A stretch of DNA of 62,942 nucleotides from positions 1 to 62,942 of the forward strand of contig NW_026935111.1 of assembly GCF_032062105.1 (NCBI RefSeq), written 5' to 3'. Position numbers and translations under genes: made by a program. A model generated the notes under the pieces. It saw only the letters and a program-made list of their open reading frames with translations. It searched no databases and was not told the origin of the DNA. Below, one piece after another: positions 11,976 to 24,000 of the stretch. This DNA comes from Saccostrea cucullata (Eukaryota). The stretch's first letter is position 1, and each line of letters begins with the position of its first letter.

Positions 11976-14900
11976 CCATTATATAGACTGTAACCAACTG
12001 AACTATCAAACCTCGACCAAGTGACCAGAAAAACTAATAGCGGCCCACGAGTTTCATTTCACGATACCCTCGGTCTCATTACAATATATATAAATATATG
12101 TCATAAATGGTTAATTTAACATGTCTTTTCTAGTTTTTAGGCTAAAGTAAATAAAGTTACCTAAGTTGCATAGTTCTTTAACATTTTCAACATTAAAAAG
12201 TTGCAACAATTCAAAATCTGTTATATCACCTAAGCTTGCATAAGTAGGAAACCAGCGATTTAGTGGACATTCCCCATATTAACTATTAATTATGGAGTAT
12301 GTAAATAATTATTCTCCTTGATGATTGCGACATATTTCAGGAGCTGAAAAAAAGTGTAAAATGGTGATTGACGATGACGTATTTATTAGTCTTTGTGTGT
12401 CGAATTCCTTATTCATATGTGTGTATTGTAAATATACTGCCCCTATACAGTATATTTATGCATTACTACTACCGATAAGTATAGTGTAAGATAAATAATT
12501 TATTTAAATACTTTTACCAAAAATCATCCGAGTATCCGGGTACTCGATCGGAAGATGAAGCGAGTAACCGGTTACTAAATATCGTCCGATTTGCCAACAC
12601 TAGTTGTGATACTATTGAATGTTGGTAAAAAGTAAACAATCAATAAATTATATAATTTTGGATGAAAATCTTTGTAAAAGGTTTTATTTTAAGTAAAGAT
12701 GGTAACAGTAAATTCACAGTTCAGTATTATAAATCTTGATTTATGAAATTCGAAAAATACATTTTCACAAAAAATCATCGAGAAAAAGAAGTTATTTAGT
12801 TCATAACTTTATGATGAATAATTGGTATTTCAGATGACATTAAAAAACTACACTGCGTTATCCCTGTGCATATTATATTTTTGGATTGATGATTTTGATC
12901 AATTTATATTACATGAAGCCAAGACATACCTCTTTCCACCTTTTACTTTGTAAATAAGTGATATTTTAAATGTTTATCTTAATGTATCTCTTTGTTATTA
13001 TTAAATTATAAAGGTAAAATATGGAATCAAATGTTTCAACACCTTTTTATGTAACAGTTATAAATTATTATCCCATATATATTGAAAGTTACCAGAGAAA
13101 GAAATTTCTAACCTTTTATCAATGTAACGGAAATGTGGAGAGAGTAAGTTTTTCAAAAATATATAAAGTAATTCTACACACGTATTTCAATATATGACCT
13201 TTATATGTTTAAGCACAACACGAGGTAGAATATATCAGGAAATGGATAGAGGAAGATTCGGATTTTGTGGAAACTCACGGCTTCCCTGAATTTCTTCAGA
13301 AGGTAAGAGAGCAGCCACATGTGACGTTTGTTGGAGTTCCCGAATCCGGCAAATCCGCCACAGTTCAGCACATTGCTCTTCTACTCCAGCAAGAGGGATA
13401 CGAAGTGGTACCTGTATTAGACTTTAGAGATCTTACCCAATAGTGTGATCCTAGTAACCCTCAGGTGTTTGTTATTAATATTGTAGTAGGTGTACTGGGT
13501 GTGCAAAAATCAAAGTTGGAATCCTTTTTAGAGTACGAGCAAAAACTTATAAAAGCGTCCTTTGAAAAAACAAAGGTTCTGATGACATGCAGAGAAACGC
13601 TTTTTAATCAATGCAACAAATCCTTCTTCACTAATGAACAAAATACCATTAAGCTTCACAACTCGGAGAATGAATTGAGTGAAGATGACCAGAGGAATAT
13701 TCTTGAAAACATGGATTAGACCGAGATTTGTTGTCCTCTGCAATGCTTACAGAATCCTCGCGAATGTTTCCTTTATTGTGTAAACTATATTCCAATGAAG
13801 CAAAGTTCCGAATCAATGGTGAACGCTTTTTTATCAGTCTCATCGAATGCATTGTCGAGGAATTTGACAAGATGCAACAACCAAACAATTTATTATATGC
13901 GACACTGGTGTTGTGCACACTAAAGAACAACATTTTGTCTGAAGACATTCTTAAAGATGTGAAAAATAGATGTTTTCAGGAAATGAAGCATAGGGTGTTA
14001 GAAAGTTGTGAAGTTAAAAGTTCAACAGATACATTTAAGTTTGTGAAAGCTTTCTTAGCGATGGAGGGGACATACACGAAATCTTGTGGTAGAGAGCTCA
14101 CATTTATTCACGATTCTATCTTTGAAATAACTGCATATCACTTTGGTAGACAGTTTCTATACCTGATTTTAGAATATATGAAAAGTAGTTACATTGCAAA
14201 CTGTGTCAAACTCATGGGAAACACAAAAAGGAGAAGAATATTGAAACAAATGACAAAAAAGCCTGGAGTCAACTTGTGCAAGCAGTGATGAAAAGCCTGA
14301 AATAAAGGAAGGTATAGATCTGTGTATAAGGGTTTCTAAAAATCAGTATCCAATGTTCGCTCAAAGGTTGTACAGAGATATAGAGAATATGGAACTCTAC
14401 GATGTGTTTATGAATAATGCTTGAAAGATAATCAGTTGTGTAAAGCATTTATTAATGTACTGGAGACAAAATCATACACAGAATTAAAATCACTTTTTCT
14501 AAGTAAACAAGAAAACGCTTCCAAAGTGCTGAGATGGGAAGTCAAAAGAAGTGGGAAAAAAGACAAAGGAATTAACGACTTTTATTATATAAAAGAGCTT
14601 TTACTTGGTTCACGACTGTTCGAATGATCAGATTACAACGCGAGAGTAATCAGTTGGATTATTGGCTATGGACATCACAAAATACTTAAGTACATCATAC
14701 ATCAAACCGAACTACACAAAGAGACATCATCTGCACTATTTGGAAATTTAAATTCTGACTTTGAACATTTTAATTTGAAACCAAACAGGGAACCAATGCT
14801 AGTGATATAAATAAAGTGATAGATGATTTTGATGAAATATTTTCAGACTCTCTAAAAGTTAGCTTTGCATCCTTGTATCAAAAGGAAAACATTCAAAACT

Positions 14901-17900
14901 TTGTCATAGAACAAACCCGCTTACTTGTTCTCAATTGTTATGGGGGTGATGTGAATACTGTTAAGATCTTACTGAAACATGTCGATTTAAACTACTCAAT
15001 CAACAGAACGCCACATGTCTACTCTCATTGGGCAGTGCCTAGGGGAACTGAAAAAATACCCCTCTTCATGTTTATTTGGTCATGTTTCTGTTGTAAATGA
15101 GTTGATAGGTGTAGGAGCTGATGTTAACAAACTGGGTCATAGTCATACACCACTGACAGCAGCATGCAGTGCTGGACATTTGAGTGTTGTGAGAGAACTT
15201 TGCAAAATGGATGCAAATGTCAATTTAGAGTGTAATTTCGATACACCACTAGTAAAAGCATGCAAAGGTGGATATTCAGGTATTGTAAAGGAGCTGATTA
15301 CTTGTGGAGCTTCAACAAATTTAGAGTCTGCAAGTAATTTACCACTTATAGCTGCATGTGAAAATGGACATCTAAATGTAGTACAAATATTGCTGCAATC
15401 AGGGGCCATTGTCAATCAAAAAAAGGATTTCAATAACCCTCTGATATCTGCATGTAGTTGTGGTGAATTGGTTATAGTGAGGGAACTTTTAAAAGCTGGG
15501 GCCAACATTAATTTACAATGTGGAAGTATATGTACAATGGATGCATTGACAGCTGCATGTAAAGGAGGACACATTTCTGTGGTGACAGAACTACTGAAGA
15601 AAGGAGCAAAAGTTAATCCTCAGGGTCTGTATGATTCACCATTAAATGCTGCATGTCGTGAAAATCATTCCGATGTAGTCATTGAACTGCTACGAGTTGG
15701 GGCCGATGTCAATTCATTGCGTTTGACCGGTACAGCACTGATAAATGCATGTTCAAGAATTCATCCAAATTTGTCGTTAATAAAAGAACTTCTTGAAGCA
15801 AAAGCTGATGTCAACCAGCAAGATGATGATGGGAATACACCATTATTAAGTTCTGTTTTCGAAAAAAGGATAAAAGTTTAATAAAATATCTAATTGAGGC
15901 TGGTGCTGATATCAATCAACACAATAAAGAATGGTATACACCACTGACTGCTGCTTGTTTAGATGGAGATTTAAACCTTGTGAGAGATCTTCTTGAAATG
16001 GGGGCTTCGGTTAATCCACAGCAAATATGGATTGATCGTTTAAAATATATACAGATGGTTCGATTAATCGCATCTTCTTTCGGCATTTACATCAATCCAG
16101 AGACAATTTCGGGGTTCCTAGCGAATGGACCGGGTTATCATCATACAACACCACTGACAGCTGCATGTCTAAATGGCAATCTGATCATGGTGAGAGAACT
16201 GCTTCAAAAAGGGGCTGATGTTAATCCAAAGTATGTATGGAAAACACCATTAATTACTGCTTGTAAATGTAGACGATTGGATGTTTTGAAGGAATTGCTG
16301 AAATTTGGAGCCAAAGTCAATTTCAATCCTTGGCATCCAAGGAAACCAAATAAATACAAAACACCGTTGACAGTTGCCTGTAAGAGAGGAAAATTAGAAA
16401 TGGTTAAAGAGCTTTTGAATGCAAAAGCAGTTGTTAATCCACAGGGTGCATATAATACACCATTGGTAGCTGCGTGCACAAATGGATTCGGAGATGTGGT
16501 GAAAGAGAATTACTTAAAAAGGGGGCTGATGTCAAACTACAGAGTAGATATAGCACTCCACTGACAGCTGCATGTAAAGGGGGACATTTGAATGTAGTGA
16601 AGGAGTTGATAGAGGCTGGAGCAGACGTCAATTTACACCATGATGCTGATGAAGATAATATGCCACTGATAATATCATGTAAGTATGGAAGCATAAATAT
16701 TGTAAAGGAACTGATTGAAGCGGGGGCTGATGTTAATTTACAGGGTAAATATAGCACTCCTCTGACTGCCGCATGCCATTTGGAAAATGTTGATGTTGTA
16801 AAAGAACTATTAAATGCTGGAGCTCAAATCAATCGAAGCACATTATGGAATACGCCTTTGATAGCAGCATGTACAGGGCATAATGCAAACACAGTGAAGG
16901 TGGTGCTTGAAGCTGGTGCTAACGTCAATTTACAAAATCAAGAAGGGGAGACGGCGCTGTATAAGACAGTCGATAGCGAGAATCCATCCATCATTGTATT
17001 GAAAATGCTTGTCGAACGCGGTGCTGATTGTACAATTTGTACAAAATCTGGAATATCACCTTTATACCATACATTAATTAACAACAAGATGAATATTTTT
17101 AAGTTCTTTAAAAAATCAGAAAATAAACAACAGCAAATTAGAAAAAATCTGCATTTGTTCACCATACTAAGAGATATTAGGCATGCGGACGTGGCGACTG
17201 ATAGTAAGGATGATGTGGTGTCAACGAAGAAACTAATGTGGGATCTAAAAAGTAATTTGCACGAAAAATTACTTCAAGCTGACTGTTATGTTTTAAATCA
17301 TTTGCTGCATATCGGTCTTGATTCCAACCAAGATATTTTTATTCGCCAGAAACCAAAACAGTCGGATATCAAACCCTTACTTTTCAGAGTTATTGATGGC
17401 GATTTATTTTTAAATCATAATTCCATATGCCACGAGAAAACAGTAAGCATTTTACTTGATGCCGGAGCAGATGTTAATGTGAGGGTCAAATACACAGAGT
17501 ATAACCGTTTAGTTGACAGCGAGGGTTTGTCCGCTTTAGAGAGAACAAACAAACTGATATATGAAAACAAACATTCCAAAATAGATCTCTTCTATAAGAG
17601 AATGAAGGTACGTGAATATCGAAAGTGTTTAAAAGAAATCAAGAAATATGTCAGAAGATACTCCATATGATTTGACTACAGGTAATTAACTTCTGAATAG
17701 CCATCCCCAACTGACAATGTTAAATTAGATTTTCAAATGATGTTTGATTCACTTCTCTGACCGACTGACAAAAACTGGTCCATCTCTAATGCTTTTTACG
17801 TTTCAAGACAAAATATTTTTATTCATTTCGTCATCTAATCCCGTAAACAAATTTGGTGAAATCTGGAAAGAAAATGGGGACTTACCTACCGACCCAATAA

Positions 17901-19002
17901 CATAAACTTGAATCTGATTAAGGCACGCAATCAATATTTAAAAGATATCCTTGAATGACTATAACAAAGCCAGGTATTATGTTTCCTTTGGAGAAAAAGA
18001 GCATTAAATTATTTGCTAAACGTGTATATTACCTACAAAACCCATGGTCATTTTTGTTGAGAAACATAAAAATTTGAATACATGTAACAATAACAGTCAG
18101 CTCTGTATCATACCAATTAGTTTGCTTAATCAGTTAAGTGCTACAAATGATGTTCAATTTTTTAAAGAATGTTTTCTTATTCAAGCTATATCTTAGAATA
18201 ACAAATTCCTGTTTCGATTGTATGTATGATATCAGTATGAATTTTAGGAAGTGCGCGTTTAAAGATGTTTTAAGCATTTTTGCATTTATATTTTCTGTAT
18301 ATTTTAAACTACATGTATGTAATGACATAAAATGAAATTATATTGGTCCTAACTTTAGGAGGCTGGGGTCAACAAATTAACCTTCAGATATAACTTGATT
18401 TTTTAAATATGTATGTTATGTTATTTGTCAAGTATCATTAAGCTAAGAAAAATTTCATACATATTAGTCTTTAAATTTGATAATTTTTGTTTAGCTTTTT
18501 ATGGAGCTTTTTTTTTTTTTTAAAGAGATCAATTCAGTCTAAAAATGTTCCACAAATGTTCCTTCCAGCTCTCTTGAGATTCCTGTATCTTTTTCAATTT
18601 CCTAACATATTTTTAAACAATATTTTTTTATTAATAATTTTCATGTTATACCAAGACATTGTAATTTTAACATTTTAAACATACATCCTTTGTAAAAGCC
18701 AATAAATATTAAAGATAAAACTTGGACATAATCTCTTTCATTTTCAATGAATTTTGTACCATATGAGCATCTTAGTACAAAACTAGGAAATATGGTGTTA
18801 GAAGTTTCACTTGAGCATTTAGTTACGATGCAGGATGACCCTGCTGTTTTGAACTCTTAATGATTTGAACATATTTAAATTAACGCCATTTGAGGATGCT
18901 CTCACATAAATTTCATTTATCAACCTTGTATTAAACATGGTATTTCTATGTCAATATTCGAAAAGATACCTCAGTCAATAGAACACAGAGTAATTATGAT
19001 AA

Positions 19003-19008
19003 TTTATT
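19003..19008 (-). terminator. Candidate polyadenylation signal of neogenin (3' UTR ~2 kb)
   Basis: AATAAA on the minus strand followed by GU-rich ctctgtgttctattg, at the end of a U-rich UTR-like tract. Confidence 0.45.
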
Positions 19009-21006
19009 GAAAAAAGATGTTTTGTTCAAGGTCAAAATGTCTACAAAAACACAAACACAACCAAAAGCAATATTCATCACTTGTGACGTCATCAAACGTG
19101 ACGTCACATGATTAAAGTACTAAGTATAAAATACAACTACGTATTGAAAACAAAAAAAATGTGTAAAACACAATGCATTTCTATAAATAACGAGTACACA
19201 ACCTTTGACATAAAGCAAATGATATATAAAAAAATATCTAAAATGTATCCAAGTTAAACATTTCACTTACAAATGTAAAGAAGAGTGGTTTATGTGTAAA
19301 AGAGAAATGGGAGTAATAAAAACAGGAAACTTTCCATTATACTTACTTCAGTAAAAAAATTCTTAAAATCCAGGATTTACATTTTGTGACAATAAGAACA
19401 TTTTTCAAGTCTATAGATTAAAAAAGCTTATTTTATGGTGAAATTTAAAGAAAAGAGTTGAAACCATCAACTTCCAATTGTGCAAAGAAAAATATAAACC
19501 AAGGTGCATTACAACATTAAATTCATTACAAATGAAGATTCCATGTTGTCAATACAAGAGCAATTTGTCTTTGCCAGTTTACATTATTAAACTACTATGA
19601 TGTATTTATCAATTAACACAAATGTAAAATAAAAAACACAACAGTTTTACATTAAAAATGATTAAGTACATATGTTTGTGGCAAAATAATACAGACATAT
19701 ACAAAATGATAAACAAGATATCAGCAGTACAGATCTATAAAAAAAAAACAAACATCTGAGTCGGGGTCTGTGTTCAATAAGATATTCTCTCCTGCTTTGT
19801 GTAATATTTATACTCAAATTTTGTAAACAAAGGACCTCCCTCTAAAAGAAAACATAAATAAAGGTAACTATAATTCTAGGTCAAAGTGTTGATGATGTTA
19901 CTAAAAATAGCACCACTAACCAGTCACAAAACACAAGGGATCTATGTTACACAATATAATCCTTGTTTAAGTGACCTAAAAATGACAAATTTGATTTCAT
20001 TCTCCTTAATAATTTTTGTATTTACAACATATTTAAAGCGTAATAAAGATCCATGTTTTGCCGAAAAAACAAGGCTTTGAAAAAATACAAAAAAATTGGT
20101 CTATTCATGAGAGATATACACTGCAGGTGTATATGGCTAAGGTTTGACACATGGTTTTAAGAATTCTAAAAACACTTTGTTATTGATAATATCAGGATAT
20201 CTTCAATGAAGGTTGGATTTTTGGCTTAAAATGACAAAATGTTTCTTCATGATAATTATTTTTTACATTATCACAAATGTATATGTATGAAATGACAATC
20301 TCTTTCTTACAATGCAGGCACCAAAAAACAACAATGTTCTGGCCGTCTCTCTCACATTGACTTATCTAGACTAAAGTGAGGCGACGTGAGAATGAGGCCG
20401 ATTCAGGTGGTTCATACTTCCACATTCTTTGTTATACAAGTCAAATGATCAGTTTAATATGGCATCTGTTGGCAAAGAAGAACATTGATATATTCTTCTA
20501 CAGATTTACTACTGTATTTGTTGATTAATTAATGAGTGTGTTAATTAACAGAAATTTCACTTTCCTTTTTACTTCTTCAAGCAGTAACCACTCATATTTC
20601 ACAGAGTTGGACTTTCCAATTTGGATCACATACTGCTCTTATTTCACGTTCACTTAAAAATGTCCTTATTTTGAAAATTCACTTCACTACCTCAAGCCAA
20701 AAATGCTTGTTTAATTCCATTTTCAATGCAATTTGATTACTGATAAACTGACTTTTTCATTCCATTTTGACATTATTGAATTACTCCAAGTGGAGAGTTC
20801 CAAATAGATGCCCAAAGACGTTTATTTAACATCACTTTCTCCCACCAGTACAATTGTACAAGGGTGACACCTTAATCCACAAAATCTTGTAGTAGAATCT
20901 TCACCCAGGTTTTCCTGTATTATACTAAGAATATTTCGTTTCCTGGGATTGAAGAATTTTCTGGGTTTATTTAACACTACACTACATTAGCTGACTAAGA
21001 ACGAGG

Positions 21007-24000
21007 CTACACTTCAAAGTTCTGCTGGGTAATGGCATTCAAGTCTTTCATTAAACAATCCAGGTTCGCCATTTCAGCAGATAATTCTTCTGTGCTCTCT
21101 GATTTCTGTGGAAAACAAAAACAAAACAAGGTACATGTAGTTTAAATACTATATCTTAATTTCATCAATATAATACACATGTCAAGGAACATTCCAAAGA
21201 ACATCTGGGGAAAGTTTCCTTACAGAAGGCACTCTTAAAATTAATTTAAAACAATAATGCTGATTTCTGTCCAGTATGTAGATGTAATTGTACATGTAAT
21301 TCTCTCCTAAAACTGAGGCAAACTTGAAATTTTTAATTTTTAATCTGATTATGTTTCTATTTTAACCACCCCCCCCCTTATTTTACCTGTATGTCTGGGT
21401 CAGCCCCTGCTTTCAGTACGACGTCTGGAGCCTTTGGTTTTATGACGGGTATGGCACGAGGTTTTACAGGTACAGCTGATAATGGTGGCCCTGCCTTCTT
21501 ATATGGAGATTGCTGTGGTTTTACTAAAACAGGAAAAGAATGCAAAGGTCAGATATACAAATAAAAATTTTCCATTCCAAGGAGTGCACTTTTGTCTCAG
21601 AGAAAAGGAGGAACAATTTTAAAATACTTTAACAATCTCACTTAAAATGGGTATCCTTGCCTTATACCAGTGAGTCATATAAATTATCTGCTTTTTATTT
21701 CCACATCAAAAACATGTTTAAAAAATTAGAAATTTTCTATTTAAAATAATGTTTATAGTGATTTTACTGTTGTAGTATTTAGGTATTTGGGTGTGGTGTG
21801 TTTGTTAAATGAATTTATTTAGATAACTTCGCTGTTGCAAGGCTTTAGAATTAAACAAAATTTTGTTTTGTCTAAATACCTGTTTTATTGAAAAAAAAAA
21901 ATAAGCATTAGGTTTAATTAATTTCTATCTCAGCAATATTTTAGTTTCTCCTGTTGCAGCAATGTATGCACCTGAATCTTTATTTGTACCTTATATAATA
22001 TATTCTATGGGTCATTTTTGCATCATTGAATTTTTATAATTTTAACTTCAAATCTGTGTTTTCCATGCATTTTCATGCACTGTATGTTTTGTAATTTCAG
22101 CCAAATTCTTGAGACACAAGTATCCTATTTTCTTTCTTGAATGTATTTAAAACAACAATTTTCTGAAAAGTAAACAGGTAAAAAACAAAAGTAGGTGGTA
22201 CATTTTTACACATGCAGCAAAGCTATGAAAACTACATGCAATGACAATTTGGCCAACCACCTTTGAGCACAACATTGAGATAAAAAAAACATTACAAAGA
22301 AAAAAAAAAGCAAAATTCATATATGACAGATCTTTTTTGATATTAGAAAATTGCATCCATACTGGAACAAAAATTTTTGAACCTATCCCAATTTTTAAAA
22401 TGAAGGGATACAATATATGTTTGTAGTTATATCTCATTAAGCAATGTTAAGCTCATAAATGAAGGCTAGCTAAATTCAATACATTCTAGTTAAAGCATGC
22501 AAAAATGAAGACACAGGACACATAATAAATCTCTGGAGATATTTGATCAAAATCCTTGCATTTCACAAATCTTGGGGTCCTTTCATAAAGCAATTTTTTT
22601 CTCTTTTTTTCATCACTAGAAAAATTTGTTTACTTAAAAAAGAGCTCACACAATATGGTGAAGGGCTTCAAATTTAAATCTTGACTTCTCATTTGGTGCC
22701 ATTGAGCAATAAAAGCCCTTTGGATGTCTAAGCGAACCATGGCATATCTTCGCTGGCAACCGTTTTGTGATAAAAAAAAAATCCAAATTTGGATTAGAAA
22801 CCCTTGGATAGCAAAGATGTGTCATAACACTGGACCCATTTTTAGCATCTAATCTCAAAGACAGACTGTTAAGAAAGGCAGCCTGCCTTGGGTTGAAGCT
22901 AAACAGTCATGTTTTATATCAACTGCTGTGAAATTCATTGTAGTAGTTTTAACTTATCATTAGAGGGTTTAAAAGGTTACTGGTTGGCAGGGAATGCTTA
23001 CTTCTCCTTGGCACCTGAACCCCCTCCCCCTTTCTTGTTTAAACAGGGGAAGACTGTCCTGCACTTTATTCTTGTTGCTTATACTCTATACATGAGTATA
23101 GGATGTATGAGATTGATCTATGTCCCTCATCTTATCCTTTTTCATTTCTTTACAAATAGATAAGGATGCCTCTATATGAGGAATCCAAAGAAAAATATAA
23201 GCCCCAAAGTATTTTGTAAAAAGGAATGCCAAATCACACATCCAAAAAGAGTATCAAAATAGAAAAATTCTTCCTTGAAGTGTTACCTAAATCTACCTCA
23301 TTTCTAGTGGTGAGGAGTCTTTAATTTATCCCCATAATCACTTTTTTGTGCAAAATAGCTTAGAAAAGGCTTATTTTGAATCTTACTATTTATTCCAGCT
23401 TGTATTTCTTTAAAAAATTTTAGTTTACACCTCTCTGTAGATAATTTATTGTTCAATGCTTGACATGCTTTATGCTTCATAAAATTCCAGCTTTTCGGTT
23501 TGAGGGTTCATTACTTGACTTTTCCCCTTAACATTGACACCATTTACATGGCAACTGGGGGTTTCCCGTCTTACCTATCTGATGTTTTGGGGTGCTATGG
23601 TGATGAACCCCTGACAACGGTTTGGGGTAATTATGGGGGTTCGGGGATGTAAAGCTTCTCATTGGTCGGTTTCCTCGGGGCAGACTTCGGTAACCGTCAA
23701 ACTCGTGTTGTCCGGGCGATATGACAGCCATAGGCTGACCTTGACCCAAGGAGTGACAGTCAGGGGGCCTCTGGCCTGAAAAGGGAGGGAGGGGTCAAAA
23801 GGTCAAAACTAAAAATAGCAAAACTACAATATCAAATAAAAGCAAGGAATTACAATACCATCAATAAAAAATAAAATGCACAACAGTTAAAGCTAAAATT
23901 TAAAAATGGTATTGATAAGATAAATGATATGTAAATGAGAAAAGCATTTGAAGGATAAAGGGCTGCAGATGATTGATTGATATGATGGGGCTACCCGAAG

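Larger units (their letters stand above)
7287..12064 (+). mobile_element. Probable solo LTR (~1 kb once the Kolobok insertion is removed)
   Basis: Starts TGTGAAAT and ends ATTTCAC(G)A, flanked by tacc/tacc. Contains TATATAAA (~11393), AATAAA (11691) and a 35-bp array. Confidence 0.45.
6757..12602. mobile_element. Non-autonomous hAT-type element carrying nested insertions
   Basis: 12-bp TIR TAGTGTTGGCAA/TTGCCAACACTA and perfect 8-bp TSD gttgtgat (6749-6756, 12603-12610). Subterminal ccggtta/taaccgg repeats. Confidence 0.9.
6012..17670 (+). pseudogene. DZIP3-type HEPN - nSTAND3 NTPase - ankyrin repeat (~20) gene, pseudogenised
   Basis: Exon ~5984-6650: ATG 6012, TNLARLARLILGPCTDVLRDIL, FDVTFLYLLLRN, GWG, IERLRLIRNKYYGH. 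Small exon remnant from 12834. Terminal exon 13214-17670: Walker A GVPESGKS (13333-13356), Walker B decayed to VFVINIVVG, FIHDSIFE, then repeated TPLxAAC..G...VVKELL..GA.VN units. Several frameshifts and in-frame stops (e.g. TAG 13441). Confidence 0.88.

Noticed and set aside
15143-17165. Minus-strand ORFs over the ankyrin region (and similar antisense ORFs over neogenin exons and pol)
   Set aside because: They are shadows of sense-strand coding sequence with no independent motifs.
6012-17670. Frameshifts as sequencing errors in an intact gene
   Set aside because: In-frame stops and Walker-motif substitutions accompany the indels, while neogenin and the 3.8-kb pol in the same window have none.
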